Below are positions 1-10,678 of a stretch of 64,000 nt of DNA, one piece after another; position 1 is the stretch's first letter, and each line of letters opens with the position of its first letter. Position numbers and translations under genes: made by a program. Location: positions 496,001 to 560,000 of the forward strand of contig OZ025669.1 in NCBI GenBank assembly GCA_964019335.1, in the 5' to 3' direction. The notes below the pieces were generated by a model, which saw only the letters and a list, made by a program, of their open reading frames with translations, did no database searches and was not told the DNA's origin. This DNA comes from Diplonema japonicum (lineage: Eukaryota; Protista; Euglenozoa: Diplonemea).

Positions 1-2871
1 CCCATCACCTTCACTTTGCACGCTTCCGGCTTTTCTTGAAAGTAGGGCTGCATCACAGGAACACCGGCCTTTTTTTTTTTTTTTTTTTCTTTTTTTCCCG
101 TTGTCAAAAAAAAAAAAAAATAATAATAATAATACCGGGCTGATAAACGTAATCGGCGGACAACGAAAGCCTGACTCTTTGTGCGCCTTTTCAAGAGCGT
201 GTAACGTTTCCTTTTTTTTTTTTTTTTTTTTCCCCCTCCCAAAATATACCTTGAACCATTTCTGCACGTGGATAGCACCCATAAAGACATCCTCCAGAGA
301 CTTCTGAATGAGGGTAACCACGTACCGTGCCACCGTCTTTAGGTAGGGGGCAGAAGGGCGGGGGACCATGTTTTCCGTCTGGGATACGAGCTGCCCGTGC
401 ACCTGGTTGGTCATCCCCATGTTCGTCACACCATAGACATTTGTCATTACCGACTGCTTCACAGTCTTTCGCTTGAGAAGGGGGTGCACAAAGACAGCCA
501 TTGCACTGTTTTCAGTGCTCATTTCTGCTTGGTTGTAGACTTTCACCTGTTCCAGGACTGTGGTGTATACATCAGAAGGCTTGTCGGCAAATGACTTTCG
601 TGTCAAGTTGGCTGTGGTGGCGCCCTTCACGTCCAGTGCCAGTGCGGAGTAATGCTGCAGACCATTGCAAGACCCGTCCACGTGGATGGGCACTCTCGTT
701 TCATAGTTTCGCGGTCCTGAAGAATGTTTCAAAGCATTCGCCAGCTCGCACAGCACAGTGTAGCCCAGAAGCGGTTTATCAGCAGACCTCCACAACGCAT
801 CCAGTGACTCCGGATCCTCCTGGTTCCGAATGATGCTCTCCACATTGCTGTCGCACCATTGTATCCTGTCATCGAAGGACGCCTTGTCCAGCCCCATGAG
901 GTTGGCCGCGTGGATTTTTAAGTGGAACAACCCGTTCGCCCCCAAGGGTTTCGCATCCGCGAACTCCAGCAACGATCTGATAAAGTCCGAAGCTTGATAG
1001 TTGAGCCCCGCGTGCAGAGGGTACGTCCGCCCTCTGAAGTCACAGTTCGACGGTAGCCACAATGTTTTATTCCTGAACTTCTGCGTGAGGTCCGTGATCT
1101 GCCCGGCAGATGCCGATGCAGACGTGCGTTGCGCGATTTTAATAGATTGCTCGGTGACGGCAAGCTTGTGCACTCCTTGCGATTTGAATGTTTTGAATTT
1201 TGGTGAAACAGGGGGGAGCGGGATCCACCCGCCACGCAACTTATCACCCATGTCGAGACCAGTAGCCTTCACGTACATCGAATGCTTGATGGCTACCTCT
1301 GAAAGTCGCCATCTCACGTTGTTTATGTAGTCGAGGGACTTCACGTAGTTGGTTTGGTGCGATGCTTGTGCGGTGGCATACATGAGACGCTTGCACAGGT
1401 TGTTATTGGAGTTTGAAAAGCGGAGAAGGGATGCGGAGAGGGTTTTGTAAGGAGAGGCGGTCTTACGACCGTTGACCATACGAAGCTGTAACCACGGTTC
1501 CGGTGGGCAGATCATCGGAGGGTAGTCGGTGACGAACCCGCTCTCGCTCTTTGTGAGGTCAGCAAAGTCTGCGTCAATACGCAGTATAGTCATGCTTATC
1601 GGCGGCTCAAGCGGCGTTTTCCTCACCCTAATGGTCCCCATCAGGAACGGCCTCACATTGTTGACGGTAACTGAGACCAGCAGATGCAACAGCGTGCTAG
1701 CAGCGTGGAAGTGTCTAGGCGCTATCGCCTCTCTTCGCCCATACAGTTCGGTATATTTTCGGTTCCTCGTCTCCCACTGCAAGCATAGCTTGGCAATGCT
1801 TTTCACGATGACGGAAACCTGTGCACGCTCGTCAGGTTGCGACTGTTTTTTGATCGCATCTGCTACTTGTTCTTTGACGAACGAGGGAATCTTCTCCATG
1901 TACTGATCCAAGTAGAATCTCTTGCTCCGCATGTGGTCTAGTGCTTTCTTTTCAACGTCTGCGATCTGCTGGTATACGTTGAGAAGCAATCGAGCTTCAT
2001 GGAGCCCACGCGCACCATTGACAGGGTTTTGTGAGGTATTCTCAAAAGGCGTGTCTTTCAACCGGTTTACAATGTCGGTAAGGTTGGAGGGAACGACAGC
2101 TTTGTTGCGAATTCCACCGGAGATACAGCTCAGGAGAAGAGGGACGGAAGCAGGGGGTTCGTTATAAACCATCCTACAAAGGATTGCATGGTGATGTTCA
2201 GCAGGCACACTGCTGTGTCGAATGAGGGAGTATTTTTCCCGAGACGTCTTATCATGTGTTACTAGCCCTCGCTTTGAACGATTGACAGAATGGTTACCAA
2301 CCACAATACCGGATGAGAGCTTCCTCAATACGAGGCGTACGATTCTGTCCATCTCTGACGGGACACCTGAAAGGAGTACATTGTCCTCCGTAAGATGCTT
2401 CTGAGCACCGTTTGTTGCATCGTTAAGATAATCGAAATCGGCGTCGTCATCTGCCAATTCAGCCTCTTGTTCTCGCACTGTTTCTTCGTCTATTTCTATA
2501 CCTTGGATTATATGTTCCAGTCTTTTGTCGAGCAGCTCGTACAGCGACTCGTCAAGCGTTAAAAGGGTCTTCACGTGAGTGAGGTAATCGGTTTTAAACT
2601 GGTCGATGATCAGTTGGATGTTTAGTTCCGATGCGCTCACCTCGTCGATGCCGTTTGTTTCCGGTTCTTTCTCGAGCTGCCATCGTTGTTCAAGTGCGAT
2701 CTGCTCCTCCTCAGCGTGGGTTACAACTGCTGGCGGTTCGTCCTCGCCATTAGCGGGGATCTTGTCCACCAGTACCACTACCGGCTTGCTTTGTTGCAGC
2801 CTAACTGCTTCATTATGTTCTCTCTTCGCCCTGCCCAACGTACTCAATCTGATCAACCCCCGTTTCAACAT
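1..2871 (-). CDS. POLRMT: Phage T7-like single-subunit mitochondrial RNA polymerase (3' end runs off the window); introns 211-249 and 69-135
   Basis: Manual translation from ATG 2871 (MLKRGLIRLSTLGRAKR, presequence-like) gives YPPMICPPEPW, DFRGRTYP, FADAKPLG, motif A IHVDGSCNGLQHYSAL, motif B RKTVKQSVMTNVYGVT and, after two GT-AG introns, SP|AGVPVMQPY. Absent from the ORF track because no stop occurs before the window edge. Confidence 0.95.
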   Translation of the reverse strand, partial: MLKRGLIRLSTLGRAKREHNEAVRLQQSKPVVVLVDKIPANGEDEPPAVVTHAEEEQIALEQRWQLEKEPETNGIDEVSASELNIQLIIDQFKTDYLTHVKTLLTLDESLYELLDKRLEHIIQGIEIDEETVREQEAELADDDADFDYLNDATNGAQKHLTEDNVLLSGVPSEMDRIVRLVLRKLSSGIVVGNHSVNRSKRGLVTHDKTSREKYSLIRHSSVPAEHHHAILCRMVYNEPPASVPLLLSCISGGIRNKAVVPSNLTDIVNRLKDTPFENTSQNPVNGARGLHEARLLLNVYQQIADVEKKALDHMRSKRFYLDQYMEKIPSFVKEQVADAIKKQSQPDERAQVSVIVKSIAKLCLQWETRNRKYTELYGRREAIAPRHFHAASTLLHLLVSVTVNNVRPFLMGTIRVRKTPLEPPISMTILRIDADFADLTKSESGFVTDYPPMICPPEPWLQLRMVNGRKTASPYKTLSASLLRFSNSNNNLCKRLMYATAQASHQTNYVKSLDYINNVRWRLSEVAIKHSMYVKATGLDMGDKLRGGWIPLPPVSPKFKTFKSQGVHKLAVTEQSIKIAQRTSASASAGQITDLTQKFRNKTLWLPSNCDFRGRTYPLHAGLNYQASDFIRSLLEFADAKPLGANGLFHLKIHAANLMGLDKASFDDRIQWCDSNVESIIRNQEDPESLDALWRSADKPLLGYTVLCELANALKHSSGPRNYETRVPIHVDGSCNGLQHYSALALDVKGATTANLTRKSFADKPSDVYTTVLEQVKVYNQAEMSTENSAMAVFVHPLLKRKTVKQSVMTNVYGVTNMGMTNQVHGQLVSQTENMVPRPSAPYLKTVARYVVTLIQKSLEDVFMGAIHVQKWFKVYFGRGKKKKKKKETLHALEKAHKESGFRCPPITFISPVLLLLFFFFFDNGKKRKKKKKKGRCSCDAALLSRKAGSVQSEGDG

Positions 2872-4833
2872 TTTCTTTCCCCCCCACGGGGCTGTTAATT
2901 GTAAAAAAGGTAGGGGGGTAAGAAAAAAACCAGCAAGAATAAAATAAAAAATGAAAAGAGATTACCAGATACTAAAAAAAAAGGGAAGGGAGGGGGGGGG
3001 GGGTGAAAAGGAAAGAGGGGGGGTTTTTTTTCTTGGGAAAGGGCGGGTAGAAGAAAAAGGAGAAAAAAAAAGGGGGGAGGGACACCCCCTTATTGGAAGT
3101 TAAAAATAGGTGGAAAATATTTTTTTTTAAAAAAAAAAAAACACCTCCCCCCTTATCTCACAAAAAATTCTCGATAGAGAGAATAAAAAAGTTTCACTAT
3201 GATAGGGTAACGAAGTGGTTAACAACGCCCCCCCCCCCCCCCCCCCTCCCCCCGAAAAAAGTGAAGGGGGGAGGGAATAAAAAACCGTTGGTAAAAAAAA
3301 GTTCAATACACACCTGATCCACCACAGTTTCACCTTCTTACGACAGCTGCGGAAGAGAGAGAGGGGGGGGGGGGGGGGGGGGGGGCACGTGCTATTCTCA
3401 GGTTTGCAAAGAATCTAACCCAACACCTGTAACCGGAGAGAATTTATGTCATCCGAGGAAACGCAAAAATTGAAAGAGACTTCACACTAAGAGCAGAATT
3501 ACATCATTTATTTTTTTATTTTTATTTATTTTTTTTCTTTTACCAGCCTTGAGAGGGGGAGGGATGTATACGTCACCACCTCACCTAGCATTCAAAAAAC
3601 AAAAACGAAAAAAAAAAAAAAAAAGAAGAAAAAAAAAAAAATGGGGGACACTATTCGATTCTTGCTGTCAAAGGAAAGTTTACCGACGCAAGGGCCGGCT
3701 TCCCTTTAAAGAGGAGAGGAATGAGGAGGGGATGGGGGACTCACATCGTTATGCCAATCTTTTTTTTTTTTTTCTCTTTTCCCCTCGTTCTTTCTGTATC
3801 TCCTTTTTCTGTTTCAATGGGGCGAAGGGGTGACGTAACATTGAAAGAGTGATGAAACTATATTCCAATTCAAAAAAAAAAAAAAAAAAAGTGCGACACA
3901 CGCACATGCCACACAGTGGGATTTCTTCTTTTTTTCTTTTACAGTTGAGTGCCGCTGTGGATGGGAAATGAAAAAGGGGGGAATGAAAAACAGCCTCAAA
4001 AGGGAATGAAGCAGGAACAGACGAAGAGGGGAGGGGGGGGGGGGGGATCCTTTTTACTATGAGGGAAACAATGTTGGGGGGCTTCTTATCACAAGGATAA
4101 GAGAAAGAAAAAAAAAGAAAAAAGAAAACACGAATACACATCTTGCTTTTTATTTTTATTTATTTATTTTTTTTTCCGAAAAAAAAAAATCCTCCCCTTC
4201 ATCCCGTACATAGACACAATTTCTTTTTTTTGGGGGGGGGTTTTTTTTTTGTTCTTCCCTTTCTTTCTTTCAAAGAAAAATCAGTTTTTTTTTTTGTTAC
4301 TGTAAAAAAGAAAAAAAAATCGGAATAGCTTAAAAGAATTCTGTTCTTCAGCATCTTCTGCGTCGTTTTGGTTTTGTTTTGTTTGTTCCAATTTTTTTAT
4401 TTTTCATTTTTTCTTTACAGTAACTTTTTTTTTTTTTTTTTTCTTCTCCATTTTTAAGAAGCAGAAAAAAAAGCAAATAATAACAAAGACGCTAAACCTT
4501 ATTATTTTTTTTGTACTTTCTTTTTTTTCCTTCTTTTTTTTCCAATATTATATTACCCCCCCCCCTCCCTCAGCTGTTGGCTATATTCTTTCTGTCTATT
4601 CTTCCCTGGATCACAAAAGGGGGCGGGGGTAAAAGGAGGCTCAAAAAAAAAACAAGGGAGGGGGGAATAATAAAATGAGGAAAGAAAATATGGGGGGGGG
4701 GAGGGAGGACGAGGGAAAAAAAATTTTTTTTCTCCTTTTTTTTTTTTCTTCTTTCTTCTGTCCAACCAAACACAGAAAAGTTTTGGGGTTTTTATTATTA
4801 TTTTTTTTTTTTTTTTTCCTTATATAGTCCCCG

Positions 4834-5652
4834 TCATCGCCTTGGCTTTGCACCTGCCTTGATAAGATACCTTAACGTAGCTGATGACGCTTTATTACTC
4901 ACCATGGCGTCGTACACGGTACAACCACCCAAGGACTCGTTAGGATCGGCACCAAGGGAAAGTAAATGTTTTGTTAGCTGAGGGCAAGTGGTGCACATCA
5001 GAGGCGGGATTGACTGGCTGCGAACATTAGACCCCTGCCGGACGAGATAAGTTAGAAAAAGCTGCTTTTCACGTGTGGTGAAGCAAGGCGTACTCACAAC
5101 GCATCCAAGTATCTTTGAAGAAGTTGACAAGTTCGCCCCGCACCGTAATAACGCCTTCACCACCTTTACGTTTCCAGACATAGTCGCAGCGCATAAAGGG
5201 TAAGTCACCGTCTCACCAGAGGAAACTTGGTTAGGTGAAACACCGAATTCCGTGAGTAGGAATACTACCTCCTCCGAGCCTGCCATGTGGATGGGGTGGT
5301 ATCCCTTGCTTGGCTCAGCGTTGTTCAGCTCGAACTCTGTGCCCCTGCACTCGATGATGTGGCGCATGATGTCAGCTTCTCCCTTTTCACTGCAGATGTG
5401 TGCAACGGAGAGGCCGTCCTCATCTGTTCCCTTTACTGTCACGCCTGCTCTCATGAAGAGGTCTACGACCTCTATGGCGATCCCGCCTACGCGGAGGACT
5501 GCTGTCAAACCCTCGAAGTCGGCGTTTAGACCCATTTCGCTCAGCTCCTCCTTCGCCAGTAGCATGTCCTCCTCCACGTCATCCTCTGAGACATCTGGTG
5601 GCTCGTCATCCATCCCAAGCAGGTCAAAAGGTGACCCGAGTGTGATTTGCAT
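4834..5652 (-). CDS. Ankyrin-repeat protein
   Basis: 272-aa ORF with ankyrin-like repeats (DEDGLSVAHIC..G, GYHPIHMA, YPLCAATMSGNVKVVKALLRCGAN, LLSLGADPN). Confidence 0.8.
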   Translation of the reverse strand: MQITLGSPFDLLGMDDEPPDVSEDDVEEDMLLAKEELSEMGLNADFEGLTAVLRVGGIAIEVVDLFMRAGVTVKGTDEDGLSVAHICSEKGEADIMRHIIECRGTEFELNNAEPSKGYHPIHMAGSEEVVFLLTEFGVSPNQVSSGETVTYPLCAATMSGNVKVVKALLRCGANLSTSSKILGCVVSTPCFTTREKQLFLTYLVRQGSNVRSQSIPPLMCTTCPQLTKHLLSLGADPNESLGGCTVYDAMVSNKASSATLRYLIKAGAKPRR

Positions 5653-5970
5653 TTTTTTCTCCCTGGGAAAAAAAAGAATACAATTAGGATATAAACGGAA
5701 GGGGAGGGCGAATAGAGGTACGGGGAGAAACGTTAGGGGGTGTTAAGTATTCATCTCACCGCTGCCAATGAAACATAAATGTATTTTTTTTTTTATATTT
5801 ATTTTTTTTCCGCTGGTGAGAAAAACAAAGAGGGGAGGGGGAGGGTGGGGGACTCAACAAAGACCCAATCTGCCCAAATTGACAGACAGTCTCCTCATTG
5901 TGAAGGAGCATTCAAGTTTGTAGGATGGGGGGGGAGAGAAAAAAAATAAGGGGGCAAAGATCGAAGCAAG

Positions 5971-5999
<29 letters not shown>

Positions 6000-6002
<3 letters not shown>

Positions 6003-6039
6003 ACATTTAAGGGTACCTGCGGTATGTGACAGGACGCCT
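6000..6039. repeat. Dispersed 40-bp hairpin motif, copy 1
   Basis: gagacatttaagggtacctgcggtatgtgacaggacgcct; 39/40 identical to 36822-36861. Confidence 0.85.
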
Positions 6040-6081
6040 CTAAAAAAAAGTAATCCCAGTGTAATCACGTAAAAACAAACA

Positions 6082-7026
6082 TCAAGCAGAAATAGCAATC
6101 TCACGCCCCGTGTCCACCGACTCATGGCAAGCCTTGATAAGGGTTTCGAGAAGGAGAGCATGCTCAAAAGAGACATTTGGAGTAGCGTCCCCACGTGCAA
6201 TGGAAGCGATAAACTGCTTCATTTCTATAACATAAGACTCCCTGTACCGTTCGACAAAGGTGAGGGGTGCCTCGCTCACAGGGTTGGAGACGATGATGTC
6301 GTCCTTCTGGCAGTACAGCTCTAACCGCTGGTCATACGACTTAGACACACGGCTCGACATCAGTGTAATAACCTTCCCAGATGCGAACTTCAAAAACACC
6401 TGTGAGCTCTCGATTGTTCCCGCGGACGCCTTAGTCCCAGGACACCTTGCTGTGGCTGTCACAGAGACAGGGGTTTCACCCATCATCCATACCATGGAAT
6501 CAAGATCGTGGACCACGCAGTCCTTGAACAGGTTCCCTGATATCTTAAGATAGTCAGCGGAGGGGTAGGGGTAGTCCCTGCTTACCACGAACCCGCTGAG
6601 CACCTCACCCACCTCACCAGACTCGTAGCGCTTTTTCGCGTTCATGAGGAACGGGTCGTAACGACGGTTGAACGCTGTGAACAGAAGCTTCCCGCTTTCA
6701 GCAGCGTCGCCGTACACAAGCGAGATCTGAGCTGTTTCGGTGCACAGGGGTTTTTCGGCAAACACGTGTTTCCCTGCCTTCAGGCTTTTTGAGATTGCGT
6801 CGTAGTGAGTTCTTGTCGGGCTGCACACCACAACGAAGTCGACTTCCTCGTCGCACAGTGCGGCCTCCAAAGAGGTGACATGTTTCACACCTTCAGGGAC
6901 CTTGGTGTCCTCGCAAGGGTCCACAATGTACTTCACCCTCACATCGTCCATCTTGGAGAGATTCCCCATGTGGATGTGGCCTGCCCTGCCGTAGCCCACC
7001 ACAATGCCTCTTTGCACAGTAGACAT
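6082..7026 (-). CDS. Gfo/Idh/MocA NAD-dependent oxidoreductase (myo-inositol 2-dehydrogenase-like), copy A
   Basis: VGYGRAG Rossmann motif, AGKHVFAEKP, FNRRYDP, DCVVHDLD catalytic segment, YDQRLE, ERYRESY. Confidence 0.9.
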   Translation of the reverse strand: MSTVQRGIVVGYGRAGHIHMGNLSKMDDVRVKYIVDPCEDTKVPEGVKHVTSLEAALCDEEVDFVVVCSPTRTHYDAISKSLKAGKHVFAEKPLCTETAQISLVYGDAAESGKLLFTAFNRRYDPFLMNAKKRYESGEVGEVLSGFVVSRDYPYPSADYLKISGNLFKDCVVHDLDSMVWMMGETPVSVTATARCPGTKASAGTIESSQVFLKFASGKVITLMSSRVSKSYDQRLELYCQKDDIIVSNPVSEAPLTFVERYRESYVIEMKQFIASIARGDATPNVSFEHALLLETLIKACHESVDTGREIAISA

Positions 7027-7086
7027 TATTGTCGTGTCGCTTTGTTTGTATTCTTTCTTTTTGTTTTTTTATTCTCGTTTAAGAAA

Positions 7087-7182
7087 GGAATGAGATGGGA
7101 GAGACACCATACAATGAGATGGGATGGATGGGGGGGAATGAGATGGGAGAGACACCATACAATGAGATGGGATGGGATGGGG
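7087..7182. repeat. Tandem duplication, ~48-bp unit x2 (ggaatgagatgggagagacaccatacaatgagatgggatgg...)
   Basis: Units start at 7087 and 7135; located just upstream of the copy A dehydrogenase. Confidence 0.85.
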
Positions 7183-8014
7183 GGTTGGCTGTTAATATGT
7201 GGATCTATTATATAGTCCACTGTTCGCTATCTGTCACAAGGTTTTTTGTAAAGAAAACCACAATCCTATATAGCACTACCCAAATAAAGAGATGTATTTT
7301 GTAGCTTCTCCTTTCTCTTTTTTGATAACGACTCAAAAAAAAGGGGGGGGGACAGATGGGAAATTGACGCTAAAGCCAAAAAATGAAAAGGGTTGCAACA
7401 CGAAGTTTTTGAAACACCCCCCCCCCCCCCCCCACGAGCACTTGAGAAATTGAAGAAAATGTGTGTACATTTCTCTTTTTTTTAACTTTCTTCAAAAAGG
7501 TGCTTTTTATTCTGTTTTCTCTCCCTCCATTTGTGTCTTTTTTTTTTTTTTTTTGATTTGTTTGTACTTCCTTTATTTTCTCCTCCATCGGTGATACTTT
7601 AAAAAAAATAGTAACGAGGTAACAAAAAAGAAAAGAAGAAAAAAAAAACAAAAGTTTTCGCAAAATAAATAAAATGATTCTTTTATGACTTACGTCCTTG
7701 CGTTCGCGCGAGACAAAAAAAAAAGAAGTTACATTTAGAAAATGCTGCAAAGGTTTCTTTGCTCGGCACAAGTTGCATAAGGTAATAAAATCATTATTTT
7801 GAAAAAATTCAAAAAAAAAAAGCCCCCTCCCCCTCCAGTGGTTCTATTTTTCGCACACAGTACAAGCGATGGAATTTCTTTCTTCTTCTTTTTTTTTAAA
7901 AAATATTTTCTCTCTTCCTTTCTTTTCGGGATCGGAATACTCATTTTTATTTGGAGAAAAACGGAGATTTTTTTTCTCCCTTTTTTTTTGTTTCTTCCTT
8001 TTTCTTTAAACCAT

Positions 8015-8962
8015 TCAAACTGAGATTGCAACCTCACGCCCCGTGTCCACTGACTCATGGCAAGCCTTGATAAGCGTATCAAGGAGAAGGGAATGACCGA
8101 GGGGAAGATTGGGAGTTGTCACGCCAGCATTGACTGAATCGATAAACTCACGCATCTCATTGACATAAGACTCCCTGTACCGCTCGGCAAAGGTGAGGGG
8201 TGCCTCGCTCACAGGGTTGGAGACGATGATGTCGTCCTTCTGGCAGTACAGCTCTAACCGCTGGTCATACGACTTAGACACACGGCTCGACATCAGTGTA
8301 ATAACCTTCCCAGATGCGAACTTCAAAAACACCTGTGAGCTCTCGATCATCCCTGCAGCCCTCTCCGTCCCTGGGGACCTTGCTGTGGCTGTCACAGAGA
8401 CAGGGGTTTCACCCAAGAGCCATATCATGCAATCAAGATCGTGGACCACACAGTCCTTGAACAGGTTCCCTGATATCTTAAGATACTCCACTACAGGGTA
8501 GGGGTAGTCCCTGCTTACCATCATCCCGCTGAGTACCCCGCCAGCCTCACCAGACTCGTAGCGCTTTTTCGCGTTCATGAGGAACGGGTCGTAACGACGG
8601 TTGAACGCTGTGAACAGAAGCTTCCCGCTTTCAGCAGCGTCGCCGTACACAAGCGAGATCTGAGCTGTTTCGGTGCACAGGGGTTTTTCGGCAAACACGT
8701 GTTTCCCTGCCTTCAGGCTTTTTGAGATGTCTTCGTAGTGCGACCACGTCGGGCTGCACACCACAACGAAGTCGACCTCCTCGTCGCACAGTGCGGCCTC
8801 CAAAGAGGTAACATGTTTCACACCTTCAGGGACCTTGGTGTCCTCGCAAGGGTCCACAATGTACTTCACCCTCACATCGTCCATCTTGGAGAGATTCCCC
8901 ATGTGGATGTGGCCTGCCCTGCCGTAGCCGATCACCGTGCCTGTGCGGACTGGATGAGACAT
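8015..8962 (-). CDS. Gfo/Idh/MocA NAD-dependent oxidoreductase (inositol dehydrogenase-like), copy B
   Basis: Close paralogue of 6082-7026 with the same motifs. Start placed at ATG 8962 (MSHPVRTGTVIGYG) by alignment with copy A. Confidence 0.9.
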   Translation of the reverse strand: MSHPVRTGTVIGYGRAGHIHMGNLSKMDDVRVKYIVDPCEDTKVPEGVKHVTSLEAALCDEEVDFVVVCSPTWSHYEDISKSLKAGKHVFAEKPLCTETAQISLVYGDAAESGKLLFTAFNRRYDPFLMNAKKRYESGEAGGVLSGMMVSRDYPYPVVEYLKISGNLFKDCVVHDLDCMIWLLGETPVSVTATARSPGTERAAGMIESSQVFLKFASGKVITLMSSRVSKSYDQRLELYCQKDDIIVSNPVSEAPLTFAERYRESYVNEMREFIDSVNAGVTTPNLPLGHSLLLDTLIKACHESVDTGREVAISV

Positions 8963-9033
8963 TGTTCCCGCTTCGTGTCTGTGCACCAACAATTTAAAAA
9001 AATAGAACAATATAATAAAAGTAGAATAAAGTA

Positions 9034-10398
9034 CTACACCACGTCTACCCAGCCTTTCGGGAGATCGTTCAAGAGGTTGCACAGCCTGTGCGATGTGAGC
9101 GTCTCGTGCGTTGCGTTGTTTGTAAAGCGTGTTGTGAGCGAGGGTCGTGCAAAAAAGGTAATACTGGCACGCTGCTCTGAGTAAGGCGGGACGAGGACCC
9201 TGTGGTAGAGGGCGGGAACATGTTCAGTCAGAGTGAGGACTTTCCCGGGGAAGCAGAGGAGGCTGGACACTTCGAGGTCCTGCGGTCGTGTGTAATGCCC
9301 TGCTGGGCTGATCTCAAACCCAGGAGCTGTTCCCGTCGCAAGTGTCACAACGCTCATATCGGAGTGCTCTGGACACGTCACGACAGGGGACTCTGTGTGG
9401 TTCGGCCTGTACAATGTCATCCTCAGCACTGACCCATCGATGTCAACGCCGGCTGGTATCTCCTTCAGCACAGCCCCCGCCACCCCTTTCAGTGTATCGT
9501 AAAGGTTTCTTACCTCCTTGGGCGCCTTCTGGATGGAGAATGTGTCGTAATCCACTGTGGCAGAGGCTTCCCTCAGCTGGATGGCCTCGTGTGTTCCTTC
9601 TTGAAGAACTTCTTTGAAGTGTTTTGAAAACCCGTCCATCAACCCAGGCAGGGTTTCGAATACCTCTCCCGACACCAGTGGATTTAAGCCTTGCAGGTCT
9701 CCTTGTAAAGAAAGGTGTTTAGGATTCCATGTCAGATGGTCCACATTGACTTCGAGGCTTCTAGTCGGGCGTGGTGGTGTGTTCGGAGGAGGTAGTACTG
9801 CATCAGGGCACCAGAACGCGCAGACTAGTCTTGTCGGCAGCGCAGACAGAACGTTCCGTATGGAAAGGAGGAAATTTTTCAAAGCGCGTTTCGAGGAAAA
9901 AAACTTTTTAGAAGGCCCGGGCATGCACGACAGAGGGTACCGGTGCGACAGGAGGTCGAGAAATATCTTACCGGAGGTGGGGTTGAATAAAATCTCTTCG
10001 GGTAGGGGCTCAACAGGTAACGATGGGGCGTCAGAGAGGAATCCATCGATGTACGCAGCAAGGTTTTCATCAACCTTGTCGAGCAACAGCAACGTGCGCA
10101 GGTCCGTCTCTGCAAAATCTGAACAGAAAACGAACCCGTTGTTGCACCCCTCTCGTACCAAATCTGCATTTGCAAAACACGCACGTGTGCATGCTACATT
10201 TTCGTCGTGGTTTTCTGGCTCGATGCGGAGGCAGACTTTCCGCCTTCTCCATGTATCTATGCTGGCTACTCTTAAAGGTGAAACTGTCAGCACTTGGCCT
10301 ATCTTGAACCTTACAGGGACACCAACCTTCTGCCCTTCAAAAAATGTGTAAATATTAAACCTCCCGCAGGGCGAGGGTTCACACTTCCATGCATTCAT
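9034..10398 (-). CDS. Protein with C-terminal 2OG-Fe(II) oxygenase domain (IPNS/DOXC-like)
   Basis: LRMTLY, HSD (HxD), distal H in ALYHRV and R-x-S in RASITFF. N-terminal half not recognised. Start at ATG 10398 after an A tract. Confidence 0.75.
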   Translation of the reverse strand: MNAWKCEPSPCGRFNIYTFFEGQKVGVPVRFKIGQVLTVSPLRVASIDTWRRRKVCLRIEPENHDENVACTRACFANADLVREGCNNGFVFCSDFAETDLRTLLLLDKVDENLAAYIDGFLSDAPSLPVEPLPEEILFNPTSGKIFLDLLSHRYPLSCMPGPSKKFFSSKRALKNFLLSIRNVLSALPTRLVCAFWCPDAVLPPPNTPPRPTRSLEVNVDHLTWNPKHLSLQGDLQGLNPLVSGEVFETLPGLMDGFSKHFKEVLQEGTHEAIQLREASATVDYDTFSIQKAPKEVRNLYDTLKGVAGAVLKEIPAGVDIDGSVLRMTLYRPNHTESPVVTCPEHSDMSVVTLATGTAPGFEISPAGHYTRPQDLEVSSLLCFPGKVLTLTEHVPALYHRVLVPPYSEQRASITFFARPSLTTRFTNNATHETLTSHRLCNLLNDLPKGWVDVV

Positions 10399-10678
10399 TT
10401 TTTTTTTCTTTTGTGTTTGCGTGTAGACCAAAACCTCGAGACTAATATGCGAGAAACAAAATGAAGGGGGGGGGGGGGGAAAAGTGACCCCTTTTTTTCC
10501 TCTCAGAAGAAGAGAAAAAAAAAAGAAGAAGTTTTTAACACTTGAATGGTTTTTTTTTTTCTCTTTTTCTTTTTTTATCTAGGAAATAAAAAAAATATAA
10601 TATAAAAAAAAAATAGATTAGGGGGGGTTTTTTTTTCTCTTTTCTTTTTCTTCTTTCCTTATTTTTTCGCTGCATTTT

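Noticed and set aside
2872-4833. Poly-K/F/P/G ORFs in intergenic DNA (also 17300-18000, 27300-28540, 55200-56430, 60230-61400)
   Set aside because: Products of stop-poor homopolymer tracts. The same applies to the poly-K/F N-terminal extensions on several real ORFs in the track.
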